Shown piece after piece: positions 12,940 through 26,128 of a stretch of DNA of 64,000 nucleotides (its first letter is position 1; each line of letters starts with the position of its first letter). This DNA comes from Sminthopsis crassicaudata (lineage: Eukaryota), in assembly GCF_048593235.1 (NCBI RefSeq), contig NC_133621.1, positions 35,889,148 to 35,953,147 of the forward strand. Reading direction: 5' to 3'. The notes below the pieces were generated by a model. It searched no databases, had not been told where the DNA came from, and was given only the letters and a program-made list of their open reading frames with translations. The position numbers and the translations under genes are program-made.

Positions 12940-13040
12940 ATTCAGAGATTATTTATTGTTGTCAATTTTTTGTAATTTTCTTATTCATTTATGTGACCCC
13001 ATATGGGGTTGTCACCCACAGTTTAAGAAGCTTTATGCTA
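12940..13040 (-). mobile_element. Partial hAT/Charlie-type MITE, same family as 49596-49769
   Basis: Reverse complement reads CTTCTTAAACTGTGGGTGACAACCCCATATGGGG, matching CTTCGACTGTGGGTCACAACCCCATATGGG at ~49604. Confidence 0.5.
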
Positions 13041-14644
13041 GCAGATAGTTCATGCTGCTTTGCTTGTGTAGATGGGTGTGTGTGTGTGTGTGTGGGTGTG
13101 TGTGTGTGTGTGTGTGTGTATTTTTTTTTTTTTGAACTGTAAACCCTACATAGTTGATATGATTATTTTTAAGCCAGTCTTCCCTTCAGCATTCATTATC
13201 TCAGATAAGAGTGTGAAATCCAAAAGATAGGCTTGTTTTATTTTGCTATAGAAACTTGACATGACTGTAAAGAGCTTTGGGTGACCTGGACATTGCCACA
13301 TGGGAGGATTTGGGGAAATTATCTTTCCTCCGGGAAACTATGCTTTCTCCAGGTGAAACAAGGAAAAGATCCTACTTACCATGCTCGAGCTGTATCCTGT
13401 TAATATACTATTGTTCCCCAGATGTTCCAATCATAACTTGGTGACTGTTAATTCAAAACTTATTAGCTGAATGAACCTGGGGAAGTCACTTAAACTCTAT
13501 CTGCCTCAATTTCTTCAATAATAAAGTGGGGATATTAATGGCACCTACTTTGAAGAGTTTTTTGAGTATCAGATGAAATAATACTTCTAACACACTTAGC
13601 ACGGTGCCTAGCACACAGGAGGTTAATAAATGCTTGTTTCTTTTCATATACCATTTGTCTTCCAACTCTATACTTGTATATATTTACGCTTATATAGACA
13701 TATGTTGTGCAAGGATTATAAATAATTCTTTTGGTCCCCATTCAGGCATCTTCCATTGTAGTTGTAAAAAGTAAAAAAATAAATATTATGATTGAACAAG
13801 AAAACCCCTAGGGTTTCAATATTCTTAATAAATATTGGTTCCTTTGAAATGTTATGGCATTAAGCTTAGTATTTGTGCATACAATAGCCATGTTACCCAT
13901 GATCACTTAGTTGTGTTCTAGACAACACTGAGGACATGAGTGACATTAAAAGTGAGATGGATGGACAAGGTAGCATGTGGTGCTGCCACGCCATGAAGAT
14001 CACTCCAGATAACTGTTTTCCATCAGCAGCAATGAGCCATTTCATAGAACATGGGGCCTCCAGAGCCCTATCCTGCCCACCCTTCTGCTCCCTTTTGTTT
14101 GTCTTCCTCAATTAGGTTGCCAGCTCCTCCAAGGAGAGATATTTGTATTTGTATTCCCTAATTCACACACACAAATTCCCATTTGTATCGCCTAGGACCA
14201 AATAGGTGCTTAATATATTTTTTTAATTGAACTGAAATGAAGGTTTGGCAATTGACATATTGCCACTGACTGAGTGGTAGCTGTTTGTCAGAGCCCTAAG
14301 CAGGGCCTTGCTCACCCAGAAGAGCTGCCAAATGTTAGCTTAGACAAGCAAAGATGCTGTGAGAGCTCGTGCTTCTGGCCATCTCCTGTGTATAGAACCG
14401 ACTGTGTTGTCAGGAGGGAGCAGAGCCAGAGAGCCCTTCTGCGGCAGAGAAGTAGCCCGGGCAGTACCGTTTCAGGAGTGGCTTTCCTTGTATTTCCGCG
14501 CCGTTATGGGGTGCAGGTGTCTTGTTCAGTGGTCTCCAGCACAGCCTACATGCTCGTGGGTGTGAGTAGTGATGTGCCCCATCACACAGCAAGTGATGGC
14601 AGTGACCTTGGCGGCCCTTTGGAGGCCTTTCCTATTCTCCAGGG

Positions 14645-14801
14645 CCGAGGTGTCAAACTCAAATAGAAAAAAATTAGAAAAAAAGCACAAATGAACATTA
14701 TGTTGTACTGAGTTTTAATTTATTTTGTTAAACATTTAGCAATTACATTTTAATCTGAGGCTTTTGTAGCCATAGGTGGAGCCAGGAATCTGACACCTCA
14801 G
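14645..14801. mobile_element. Probable small hAT-type MITE
   Basis: Terminal inverted repeats CCGAGGTGTCAAA / TCTGACACCTCAG (11 of 13 match) around an AT-rich interior. Confidence 0.45.
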
Positions 14802-15539
14802 TTTATTATGCTTGGAACCCAGCAGTCTGGCGGGGGATGAAAGAACCTTGACCTATTAAAAGCACAGAAAAAGTCATCTAGCAAGTTGGGTTCTAGCACT
14901 TTGGGAATGAGGCTGTAAAGGCAGCTGGGTTGTATCAAACAAAAGCAGGGTTACCAGAAGTGAATGAGGGTGCTGGAGTCACATTAGCTCACCCTTTGTT
15001 TCTTTTTCAGCCCCGCCAATACTGAGCTCTCTTTGAATGTCCTGCCAAAGGGGCTGGAGGGAGAAGAAAATGTTCTATGACCGTTCCAAAAACTCAACTC
15101 TGGGAGCCCTGCACATTCCTGTCGTCAGGAAGGTTTTTCTGTAGGGACACCGTTGTTTTGGCAAGGCATTTAGGTGGCAGAAGGTTCATAATGAAAAGCT
15201 ACAGATGACAAATCTGTTTCATTCCAGCACAGTTCCTTATTAGATATGGGGTCTTGAACAATAACTTAATCTCTCTTGACTTCAGTTTAAAATGGGGAGC
15301 TGGAGAGGATGACTGGGATATGATACTCTGCTTGGTATAGTAGGTTGAGAATGGGCACTGGAAGTTGTGGGTTCAAATCTTGCTCTAATGCTACTGGCAG
15401 AGACACTCTGAGCCGCTTAACATCTCAGTGCCCCTAAGACTGTGGTTGATCTGTTTTGGTGGAGAATTTTCTTTCCCAAGGAGTTTCTTCCTTCAGTGAA
15501 ATTGAAGTGGGTTGTGATCCCTTCAAGAAACTGCATTTG

Positions 15540-17181
15540 CATCTAAAACTATATTATAAAGCAACAGTCACCAAAACCATTTGGTATTAGCTAAGAAATA
15601 GACTAGTTGATCAGTGGAATAGGTTAGGTTCACAGGACAAAATAGCCAATAGCAATCTAGTGCTTGACAAACCCAAAGATCCCAACTTTTGGGATAAAAA
15701 TTCATTATTTGACAAAAACTGCTGGGAAAACTGGAAATTAGTATGGCAGAAACTAGGCATGGACCCACACTTAACAATTTACTAAGATAAGGTCAAAATG
15801 GGTCCAGGATTTAGGCTAAAGAACGAGATCATAAATAAATTAGAGGAACATAGAATAGTCTACCTCTAAGACTTGTGGAGGAGGAAGGAATTTGTGACCA
15901 AAGGAGAACTAGAGACCATTATTGATCACAAAATAGAAAATTTTGATTACACCAAATTAAAAAGTTTCTGTACAAACAAAACTAATGCAAACAAGATTAG
16001 AAGGGAAGTAACAAATTGGGAAAATATTTTTACAGTCAAAACATTTTATTTTTATTTATTATTATTTATTATTATTTAGAACATTTTTATATGAGTGGAA
16101 AAAGGTTCTGATAAAGGCCTCATCTGCAAAATATACAGAGAACTGACTCTAATTTATAAAAAATCAAGCCATTCTCCAATTGATAAATGGTCAAAGGATA
16201 TGAACAGACAATTTTCAGATGATGAAATTGAAACTATTTCCACTCATATAAAAATGTTCTAAATCACTACTGATCAGAGAAATGCAAATCAAGACAACTC
16301 TGAGATACCACTACACACCTGTCAGATTGGCTAAGATGACAGGAACAAATAATGATGAAGGTTGAGGGGCTGTGGGAAAACTGGGACACTGATGCATTGT
16401 TGGTGGAGTTGTGAAAGAATCCAACCATTCTGGAGAGCAATCTGGAATTATGCCCAAAAAGTTATCAAAATGTGCATTCCCTTTGACCCAGCAGTGCTAC
16501 TATTGGGCTTATATCCCAAGGAAATACTAAAGAAGGGAAAGGGTCCTGTATGTGCCAAAATGTTTATGGCAGCTCTTTTTGTAGTGGCTAGAAACTAGAA
16601 AATGAATGGATGTCCATCAATTGGAGAATGGTTGGGTAAATTATGGTATATGAATGTTATGGAATATTATTGTTCTGTAAGAAATAACCAACAGGAGAAA
16701 TACAGAGAGGTTTGGAGAGACTGACATCAACTGATGCTGAGTGAAATGAGCAGAACCAGGAGATCATTGTACACTTAAACAACGATATTGAATGAGGATG
16801 TATTCTGATGGAAATGGATATCTTCAACATAGAAAAGAGCTAATCCAATTCCAATTGATCAATGATGGACAGAATCAGCCACACCCAGAGAAGGAACACT
16901 GGGAAATGAGTATAAACTGTTTGCATTTTTGTTTTTCTTCCCAGGTTACTTTTACCTTCTGAATCCAATTCTTCCTATGCAACAAGAAATTCAGTTCTAC
17001 ACACATATATTGTATCTAGGATATACTATAACATATTTAACATGTATAAGACTGCCTACCATCTAAGGAACGGGTGGAGGGAGGGAAGAGAAAAATTGGA
17101 GCCGAAATGAGTACAAGTGATAATGTAAAAAATTTACTCATGCATATATACTGTCAATAAAAAGTTATTTTTTTTAAAAAA
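15540..17181 (+). mobile_element. 5'-truncated L1 (ORF2 C-terminus, 3'UTR, poly-A)
   Basis: KLYYKATVTKTIWY and GCGKTGTLMHCWWSCERIQPFW (ORF2 C-terminal Cys-rich motif); AATAAA plus A-tail; 15-bp TSD AAGAAACTGCATTTG at 15525-15539 and 17182-17196. Confidence 0.95.
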
Positions 17182-17216
17182 AAGAAACTGCATTTGTGAT
17201 TTTTTTCAGATTGATT

Positions 17217-17699
17217 TGTCATTCCTTTCAGATTACTCCCAGCCCCTCCTGGCAGATTCATTATCAGTTCAGGAACCCAGGACCTTTGATTCACAAATCC
17301 TGGTCAACAGTACTCCTTTGAATTTCAATAGGAGATCTGGGCTTGTCCCAGTCCTCATTGGATCTGAGTCAACTTGGGCTCTTCCAGCTCCCATTCTGAT
17401 GATCTGCTTAGGTTTCCCAACCCCCACCAAGCCAAGCAGTATAATGAGCTTCCATCAACTAAGGTCTTTGCAGATGGACCTTGGCAGTGCCCTTTACTAC
17501 CAGGTCTTTCTGTCCACTGGAATACTCTTTTCCAGTGCCATCTTCTCTTTATCCTTACCTATTTCCTTAACTAGACTTTAATCTTACTTCCCAATCCATA
17601 ATAAACCTCTTTTATCAATCTAGGTTTTAGGGTCTGTAAATTCCTTTACAGAGGATCTCTGTACTGCCCGAAGGGAGTTCCCAAAACTCTCTTTCCTCA
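17217..17699 (+). mobile_element. Probable solo ERV LTR
   Basis: Begins TG and ends CA; TATA-like AGTATAAT, pyrimidine-rich R region, then AATAAACCTCTTTTATCAATC (17600), as is typical of marsupial LTRs. No TSD confirmed. Confidence 0.45.
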
Positions 17700-18696
17700 A
17701 ACAAACAACCTAGACATTCATTCTTTAAATACTTGAGCAAATCTGCAGTCTCACAATGTGCTTTCTTCTTCCAAGCCATCCATCCTCTTCATCCTGTGTC
17801 CACTAATGCTCTGGGGGGTGGGGTGAGGGTCTTGACGCTACCCCAGCAAGAATTTGTTCATTCAAAATACACTTATAATGTACCTGCTATCTGCAAGACA
17901 CCATGCTAAGTACCAAGCACAAATAACAGATATTCTCTTTATATCCAAGGTGTTTTTGACATTGTTGATCTGTTTTTATTAGAATTTTCTACAGTGGACA
18001 ATTTTAGTACACAGACCAGGCCATTAGTATGCTTTTGTAAAGGAACTTTGAAATATCCCCTGGGGTCTTTGTTGAGGCTTTGTATTCTTCACAAACCACC
18101 CAGTGAAAAGATGAGTTGAGGTGTAAAAACATGAGCTCCGGCAGCAGGAGGAGGCTCTCAGAAAAGGAGACTGAGGGAGAAGGCCCAAGGGAGAGTGGAG
18201 GTTGAGGAAGTCTTAGTGGGTCCCAATAAATGACATTTGTATAGCACTTAGGGCTGGCAAAGCATTTTATTATGGGTTATCTTATGTAAGCTTTGGGGAA
18301 GAGGGTTGGAGCAGAGAAATAAAACTGGGCACCAAGCCCTAAACATCTGGTAGATGACTTACGATAATAGTCTGGAGAGGATGTTGTAACACTGACAGCA
18401 ATCTTCTAGGCAAGGACCCTCATTTTAAAGAGGGATTAAGCGACCTTATTACATGACTCAGTGCTGTAAAATCAAATAGATTTGGGGACATCAGACTGAG
18501 ACAGGTATCAGAGGTGCCAGCTGAATCCTTCTTTTCGTCCATCCTTATTCCCCTGCCCCATACCACATCTGACGAATTTCTTTTTCTTTTTTTTGTAGGT
18601 GAAGCAGACTAAGTTTAGCAAAGCTAGGTCCAATACCCTGGGTTACTGACATCGAGAATGTTGTTATCACAGTCTATACAGCCCCTAAAGAGGAGG

Positions 18697-18699
<3 letters not shown>

Positions 18700-18742
<43 letters not shown>
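18700..18742. repeat. (AC)n microsatellite
   Basis: Visible AC run. Confidence 0.95.
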
Positions 18743-18746
<4 letters not shown>

Positions 18747-19781
18747 TTTCAGACATAAAAACCGTCAGTGTTTTATTTTATTTTATTTTAAGAGGATAGA
18801 GCTTTAAATGTTGACAAAATTTTGCCAAAGCATAAAAGGCTAGTAGGGGCCTTTGAGGATGACTGAATCCTGCTTTGTGCATAGGTGGGGCAAGCTAACT
18901 TCTGAGAAGAAGGGGGCCTTTTGTGTGAGGAAAGAGGCCCCACTGTCTGGAAGCGGAGGTACAAAAGATCTGGCCAGGTTACACTGGGATACCTTTCAAG
19001 GGGAGGAAGAGGTTCTTGCCAGGTGAGTTTGTGAAGCTCACAGGACTGTGCCACTCAGTGTCTTCCTCTCTTCCTTTTTTGTGATCTAGCTTAACCCAGA
19101 ACAGTCCTCAGATCCCACAGTGCTGCTCTCCCCACCACCTTCGATCATTTGATAATGGCACTTCTTTGTGACTCCAGAAAAGGCAGAAGTACCCTCCATG
19201 AAAAGCTGGGGCCTCTGAGGGTCCACCCTGGGCCACAGTGGTGAACTTGGCGGCCTGTCTGGGGAGGCAAGCATTGGCTTTGCCGTCATATTTCATTTCT
19301 GAGCTCAGCTTGGCTCCTTACCACCATGTGGCCATGGGCAACTTAGTTCACATCTGTGGGCTAGTTCTAACTCTTTAGTAAGAGTCTCAATTATTCTCAC
19401 CTCAAAGCATCAGTGTCTGTCCTGTAACTCGGCTACTTAGGGCTCTCCTCATCCAAGTCTGTTCTCTCAAGGCAAGATTCCATGCTCTGGACTTGTTTCC
19501 AGAGCATCCCCTTTCTCCTATGAAGCCATGTTTGCCATAGGAAAGAGTCTGATCAAAACTGTTATTAAAGTACTAATATCTGATATTTTCAGGTGTTAGT
19601 GCTCCCAAGGTGTTTGCATTTTTAGAGGCAACATATTTAATTTGAAAGAATAAATTTCAAGTTGATGGAGGAGATTAGCACAGTACCTGGCACATAGTAG
19701 GTGCTTAATAAATGTTTACTGAATTATTACTAATGGGCTGCAAAATTGTGCTTATGAAGATCAGTTTAAGAAAATGGTCAT

Positions 19782-20210
19782 CCATGGCCCTCTTCAACAT
19801 TGAGATGAACCAAATCAGTTCCAATAGAGCAGTAATGAACTGAACCAGCTACACCCAGCGAAAGAACTCTGGGAGATGACTATGAACCGCTACATAGAAT
19901 TCCCAATCCCTCTATTTTTGTCCGCCTGCATTTTTGATTTCCTTCACAAGCTCATTGTACACTATTTCAAAGTCTGATTCTTTTTGTACAGCAAAACAAC
20001 TGTTTGGACATGTATACATATATTGTATTTAACTTATACTTTAACATATTTAACATGTATTGGTCGACCTGCCATCTGGGGGAGGGGGTGGGGGGAAGGA
20101 GGAGAAAAATTGGAACAAAAGGTTTTGTAATTGTCGATGCTGGAAAATTACCCATGCATATATCTGGTAAATAAAAAGCTATAATAAAAAAAGATAATTG
20201 AAAAAAAAAG
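19782..20210 (+). mobile_element. Short L1 3'UTR insertion, different subfamily from the neighbouring L1s
   Basis: L1 3'UTR with G-rich tract and A-tail; TSD GAAAATGGTCAT at 19770-19781 and 20211-20222. Confidence 0.9.
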
Positions 20211-21375
20211 GAAAATGGTCATTCTGGAGAGGGGAAGACATAGTTGGATCATAAGATAATTTTTAACTTTTTTTTAGCCCTACTATAGTCATTTAATTGA
20301 ACATACAATTTGTATTACCGCTTTTATAAAAATTTAGTTGAGACTTCAAAAGTTTGACTTAGATGTTAACTGGTTAATGATAAAAGAATTCCTCTATTTA
20401 CTTATGATGAATATTTCCTGTTTTGTTTGCAAATTTTAGATAATTCCCTAGTATTTAGTGATCAGGTTTTTATTTTACCTGATGTAGGTAGGTATACCAC
20501 TTCTGCCATCAGTTCTTTCTTGTGTAAATCTTTGCTTTTCTTTTCATCTCTGTGAATCTAGCCTGCATTATCCCATATAAGATTTTTGGAAATGGCCCTC
20601 GGGCCCCATTGGACTATGTCTTGAACATGTAATAAACAAGTTTTTACACTGTTTCTCTATGTTAAGTGTGATTGGCAGCAGCTATCAACAGATCCCTGAA
20701 TATCTTTACATTAGTAGGGAGATAGATGATTTCTCTCTTGCAGTATTTGAAAGGCTGAAGCCTTTCTCTTTGGCCCCAGAGAGCAGCAGTGGGAACTTTG
20801 GGAAGATCTAGGCTGATGGCAAATTTCTGCTTGACTTGGTGAGGAGGGGGGAGGGAGGGGGGACTGCCTTGTGGTGAGTGAGTCCCAAGTGGAATGGGTT
20901 GCTTTTGCAGGGAGTAAATGTCCTTGCAGGCTAGCCACAGTCTTGATGGGTCTGCTGAAGAGGATTCTTGATCAGGGATGAGTTGGGTCCCTTCAAACTC
21001 TGCAACTTTCTGGAAGAGGAGGAGGAAGGTCCAAGCCTTTAATTCTTTGAAGCAGAGGACGCTGAAGGGTTCTCTCCTGTCCTTAGCTTAAACTCTGTAG
21101 CTCCTGGACCCACTTCATATGATTCAGCTGAAATCTTACTCTCTGCCAGCCCTTCCTGTTAGCTTCTGCTGCTTACTGGGGCCATTCCCCTTTAGAACTA
21201 CTCAGTTCTTAGAACATAAGGGTTGTGTGTTCCTAATTGACAAGGTTCTGTCTCCGCTGGAATCTGAGCATCTAGCATGTCCCTGGTTTGGCCTTTCTTT
21301 GTTTTTAGCACATAATTCAGTGCCTGACGTGCAGTAAATGCTTAATAAATGCTTGCTGAATGACAATATCAGTTT

Positions 21376-23095
21376 TTTTGTCTGCAGTTATTTTATTTTA
21401 CTTTTTAAATTAATTTTATAATTATAACATTTTTTTTTGACAGTACATATGCATGGGTAATTTTTTTTTTACAACATTATCCCTTGCATTCACTTTTCTT
21501 CTGAATTTTCCCCTTCTTCCCTCTACCCCCTCCCCTAGATGGCAGGCAATCCCATACATGTTAAATATGTTACAGTATATCCTAGATACAATATATTTGC
21601 GCAGAATGGAATTTTTTTGTTGCACAGGAAGATTTGGATTCAGAAGGTAAAAATAACCTGGGAAGAAAAACAAAATGCAAACAGTTTACGCTCATTTCCC
21701 AGTGTTCCTTCTCTGGGTGTAGCTGCTTCTGTTCATCATTGATCAATTGGAACTGAATTAGATCTTCTCTATGTTGAAGATATCCACTTCCATCAGAATA
21801 CATCCTCATACAGCATAGTTGTTGAAGTATATAATGATCTCCTGGTTCTGCTCATTTCACTCGGCATCAGTTGATGTAAGTCTCTCCAGGCCTCTCTGTA
21901 TTCATCCTGTTGGTCATTTCTTACAGAACAATAATATTCCATAACATTCACATATCATAATTTACACAACCATTCTCCAATTGGTGGGCATCCATTCATT
22001 TTCTAGTTTCTAGCTACAACAAAAAGAGCTGCCGCAAACATTTTGGCACATACAGGTCTCTTTCCCTTCTTTAGTATTTCTTTGGGATATAAGCCCAGTA
22101 GTAGCACTGCTGGGTCAAAGGGTATGCACAGTTTGATAACTTTTTGGGCATAGTTCTAAATTGCTCTCCAGAACGGCTGGATTCTTTCACAACTCCACCA
22201 ACAATATATTAATGTCCCAGTTTTCCCACATCCCCCCCAACCTTCATCATTATTTGTTCCTGTCATCTTAGCCAATCTGACAGGTGTGTAGTGGTATCTA
22301 AGAGTTGTCTTAATTTGCATTTCTCTGATTAATAGTGATTTGGAACACTCTTTCATATGAGCGGTTATTGTTTTAATTTCATCATCTGAAAATTGTCTGT
22401 TCATATCCTTTGACCATTTATCAATTGGAGAATGGCTTGATTGATTATAAATTAGAGTCAATTCTCCGTATATTTTGGAGATGAGGCCTTTATCAGAACC
22501 TTTAACTGTAAAAATGTTTTCCCAATTTGTTACTTCCCTTCTAATCTTGTTTGCATTAGTTTTATTTGTGCAGAAACTTTTTAATTTGGTATAATCAAAA
22601 TTTTCTATTTTATGATCAATAATGGTCTCTAGTTCTCCCTTGGACACAAACTCCTTCCTCCTCCACAAGTCTGAGAGGTAAACCATCCCATGTTCCTCCA
22701 ATTTATTTATGATTTCGTTCTTTATGCCTAAATCTTGAACCCATTTTGATCTAATCTTAGTATGGGGTGTTCAATGTGGGTCCATGCCTAGTTTCTGCCA
22801 TACTAATTTCCAGTTTTCCCAGCAGTTTTTGTCAAATAATGAATTCTTATCCCCAAAGCTGGGACCTTTGGGTTTGTCAAACACTAGATTGCTATTGGCT
22901 ATTTTGTCCTGTGAACCTAACCTATGCCACTGATCAACTAGTCTATTTCTTAGCCAATACCAAATGGTTCTGGCGACTGCTGCTTTATAATATAGCTTTA
23001 AATCAGGTACAGCTAGACCACCTTCATCTGACTTTTTTTTTCATTAATTCCCTTGAAATTTTCTACCTTTCGTTCTTCCATATGAATTTTGTTGT
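21376..23095 (-). mobile_element. 5'-truncated young L1
   Basis: ORF 22156..22701 is L1 ORF2 C-terminus ([39 protein letters not shown]); 15-bp TSD TGACAATATCAGTTT at 21361-21375 and 23096-23110. Confidence 0.95.
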
Positions 23096-24653
23096 TGACA
23101 ATATCAGTTTGAGAGTTTTCCTTCTCATAGGCAGAGAGATGCTGGTGTCTGTTAAATTTCAGTCTGTTACTTGGGCCCCTTTAAAACTATTAAAGGTGAT
23201 AGAGACTGGGCTCGTTGGCCATACTTGCTGACTGCCTGGTAAAGCCTGCAAAATTGGGCATTAGATAGAGGATTAAAACCCAAGTTGTTTACCTAGTAAA
23301 GCTTACAACTGCACTAAAACTTTTGGGACCTCCCAATTAGGAATGAGAAGCATTCCTCAATAGATAAATGACCAAAGGATATCACCTACAGTTCTCAAAG
23401 GAAAAAATCCAAATTGTTAGCAATTATATAAAAACCACAAGAAAAGCAAATTGATCCTGCTTATGTCCAAATTGGCAAAAATGGCCTGTTTGTAGGGGCT
23501 GAAAGGAAACTGTTACATCCAAAATATACTATTTTCTTTAAAATTGAAAAAAAATCTTTAAACAATCTAAAAAAAGATTTAAAAATCTAATGTAAAAAAA
23601 AATCAGTTTGTGATACTTATGTAATTCTGAGTATAAGCACAAGGTGGTGATGTGTTCTAAGGAAAAAAATAGTGGTTGGGGCCACATATCTTTCTGGGTT
23701 TTTCCTGTCTGTGTTGAATAATTCATTAATATAAGATACAGAGTAACCTTCTGCATCTGTAAAGGTGCAGAACCAACACCTTTGGGGGCAAAAACAAGCC
23801 CAGGATCAGGAAGATGGAAGAGTTTGGGTCCACAAGCATCCTTCTTGGGGGTCTCTTTGCAGATGGAACCAGCAGCACATCTGTTGTAAATCAGAATTCT
23901 CTGCTTTTCTGCAGAACAAACTCCAGCAGCAACGTCCCCAATCTGTCAATGGCATAAAAAATTGCCTCGTTATCACAGCAATGCACAGCTGTACAGGAAT
24001 AAACACCATGGGACAACAATAACCCCTTTTGCTTTCCTGAGGTGGAAGGTGTGTGTGTGTATGGTGGGGAGAGGAGATGTTAAGTTTATTCTTTTTCTTT
24101 AAATAAATGGAGGGGGGTAAGAAAAGTTGAAAATATTCTGAAGAAGCCAGGGCTGCTTAGTTAGGGAGTTTACTGGGGTAGTGGGGTGAGATTTGTACTA
24201 AAACCCCAATACAAATTGCAAAGTCTTTGTCTCCCTAAGGGAAAGAAAAATTGTCCTTCAAAAATCAATGATATGATTCAAAGGAAGAATAACCCAGAGT
24301 CACAAAAGGAAAATAGCTGATAAAAGATTAGAAGTATTTCATTCTTGTGTTTGAATTCTTATCACCTAGCTCGGTGTTTGGGATAAAATAGATACTTAAG
24401 AAATAAATGCCTGTTGAGTCATCCAGAGGAAATCTAGCATTCAATCAACAAGCTTTTATTAAATATCTACTATGGGCTAGATTCCATACTAGACAATTTC
24501 TGTTCACCAAGTAGCTTCTCTTGTGCTCGGCAGAAGCATTTTGGTGTGGTGGAAAGTGTGTGATTGGAATCAGAGGACCCTGGGTTGGAATTTTGGTTTT
24601 GCAACTCACTACCTGTGTGACCTTGGGCAGTTAGGATCAACAAGCAATTATTA

Positions 24654-24783
24654 TTATTATTTTGCTGAGACAATTGGGGTTAAGTGACTTGCCCAGGGTC
24701 ACACGTGTCTGAGGTCAAATTTGAACTCAGGACCTCCGGAGTTCAGTGCTGGTTCTCTAACCACTGTGCCACCTAGCTGCCCC
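24654..24783 (-). mobile_element. tRNA-derived SINE (WSINE1-like)
   Basis: GGGGCAGCTAGGTGGCACAGTGG head on the minus strand; TSD AACAAGCAATTATTA at 24639-24653 and 24784-24798. Confidence 0.9.
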
Positions 24784-26016
24784 AACAAGCAATTATTAAA
24801 TGTGCACCGTGTGCCAGGCACTAGCCTACATGCCAAGATTGCAAAGACAACAATGAAATAATTCCTGCCCTCAGGCAGATTACATTCTATCAGGAATCAC
24901 ATATCTTGGATCCTCAGTTTCCATAACTGAAACAAAAGGGCTAGGTTAGGTGACGTCTAAACTCCCAATTTTAAACCAAAATTTGCCCAAAAAGTGATTT
25001 CCTTGTCTAGAACATGAACTTTGAAGTGGTAGAACAAAGTGGCCCTTTCAGTGTGCTTGTCACTTTAATAATAGAATAACACAAACTCATACAATATTAA
25101 CAAGAAAGATGTAAATTAATACTCCATCAGCAAGAAGAAAGAGAGCTGAGATATCTTTACAACACATGATAAAAATAAGTTTAAAAAAACCTACTGAAAT
25201 ATTGCTGGAACAAATGTATTACTTCATAGGGCAGCAGTAATTACTAAGGCTGACAAAAGGACACTGGATTCGTCTAATACCTAGCAGAAAATAATTTACT
25301 TCTGGATAGACGTATTCTATAGCTAAAGTACAAGAAGGGAATCCAAAGACTCCTCTCCCTGTCCCTCATTTCTACTCCTCTGTATCTAAACTCATCCAAT
25401 ATTATGTCAACAGACAGAGAACAAATGGCTGAATTCTGCAGATTTGTTTGGGGTATTGCTTCCAGCAATTACAGGCTGGTGATCTTCAAAGGACCCAGAT
25501 TAGGCTGTGGGAACAGGAGAAGCCAGGGAATGTATTGTTGCAAACACTGAACAGATACCAGGAAAGGTACAATTGGGTACCCAGAGTTAAATGCTATTCT
25601 TTTATAAATGAACTGATAATACAGCATCACATTAGACATGCAGACCCCCAAAATACCATTGACAATAATACAAATAAATTGTACTAGAACTGGAACTCCA
25701 TGCCAACAGAACGCTGATCTACAGAAATCTAGTTTTAGAGGCAGCTCAGTGAATAGATTTTGAGTCAAGAAGACCCATGTAAAAATTCTGCTTCAAATAC
25801 TTCTCTAAACTATATTGAATGAAAAACTTTAAAAATATAGATATTCAGGATATCTGGAGTGAAGAAGGAGAGGCTAGGTGGCTCAATGGAGAGAGTGCTG
25901 GGCCTGGAGTCAGGAAAACCTGAGTTCAAATGTGCCTTCAGGTATTAGCTATGTGATTCTGGGCATCTCACTTAACTTTTATTGCCTTAACCTGCTGGAT
26001 TAGAAGAGGAAAATGG

Positions 26017-26128
26017 GGGGCAGCTAGGTGATGCAGTGGATAGAGCACCAGCCCTGAATTCAGGAGGACCTGAGTTCAAATCTGGTCTCAGACACTCAAG
26101 TCACTTAACCCCAACCTCAGAAAAAAAA
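26017..26128 (+). mobile_element. WSINE1-like SINE with an internal deletion, nested in an older SINE (~25870-26240)
   Basis: GGGGCAGCTAGGTGATGCAGTGGATAGAGC...A-tail; TSD AGAAGAGG(A/G)AAATGG at 26002-26016 and 26129-26143. Confidence 0.85.

Noticed and set aside
14274-14666. 130-aa ORF in a moderately GC-rich stretch
   Set aside because: No recognisable domain or consistent splice sites; an ORF of this length is unremarkable at this GC content.
22767-23231. 154-aa + strand ORF
   Set aside because: It is the antisense frame of L1 ORF2.
23750-24025. Non-repetitive-looking stretch with open frames on both strands
   Set aside because: I translated all six frames and recognised no protein. A tBLASTx search would settle whether it is a decayed retrocopy.
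25260-25770. Hydrophobic minus-strand ORFs and a strong minus-strand acceptor near 25505
   Set aside because: All frames close soon after the acceptor and there is no family resemblance.
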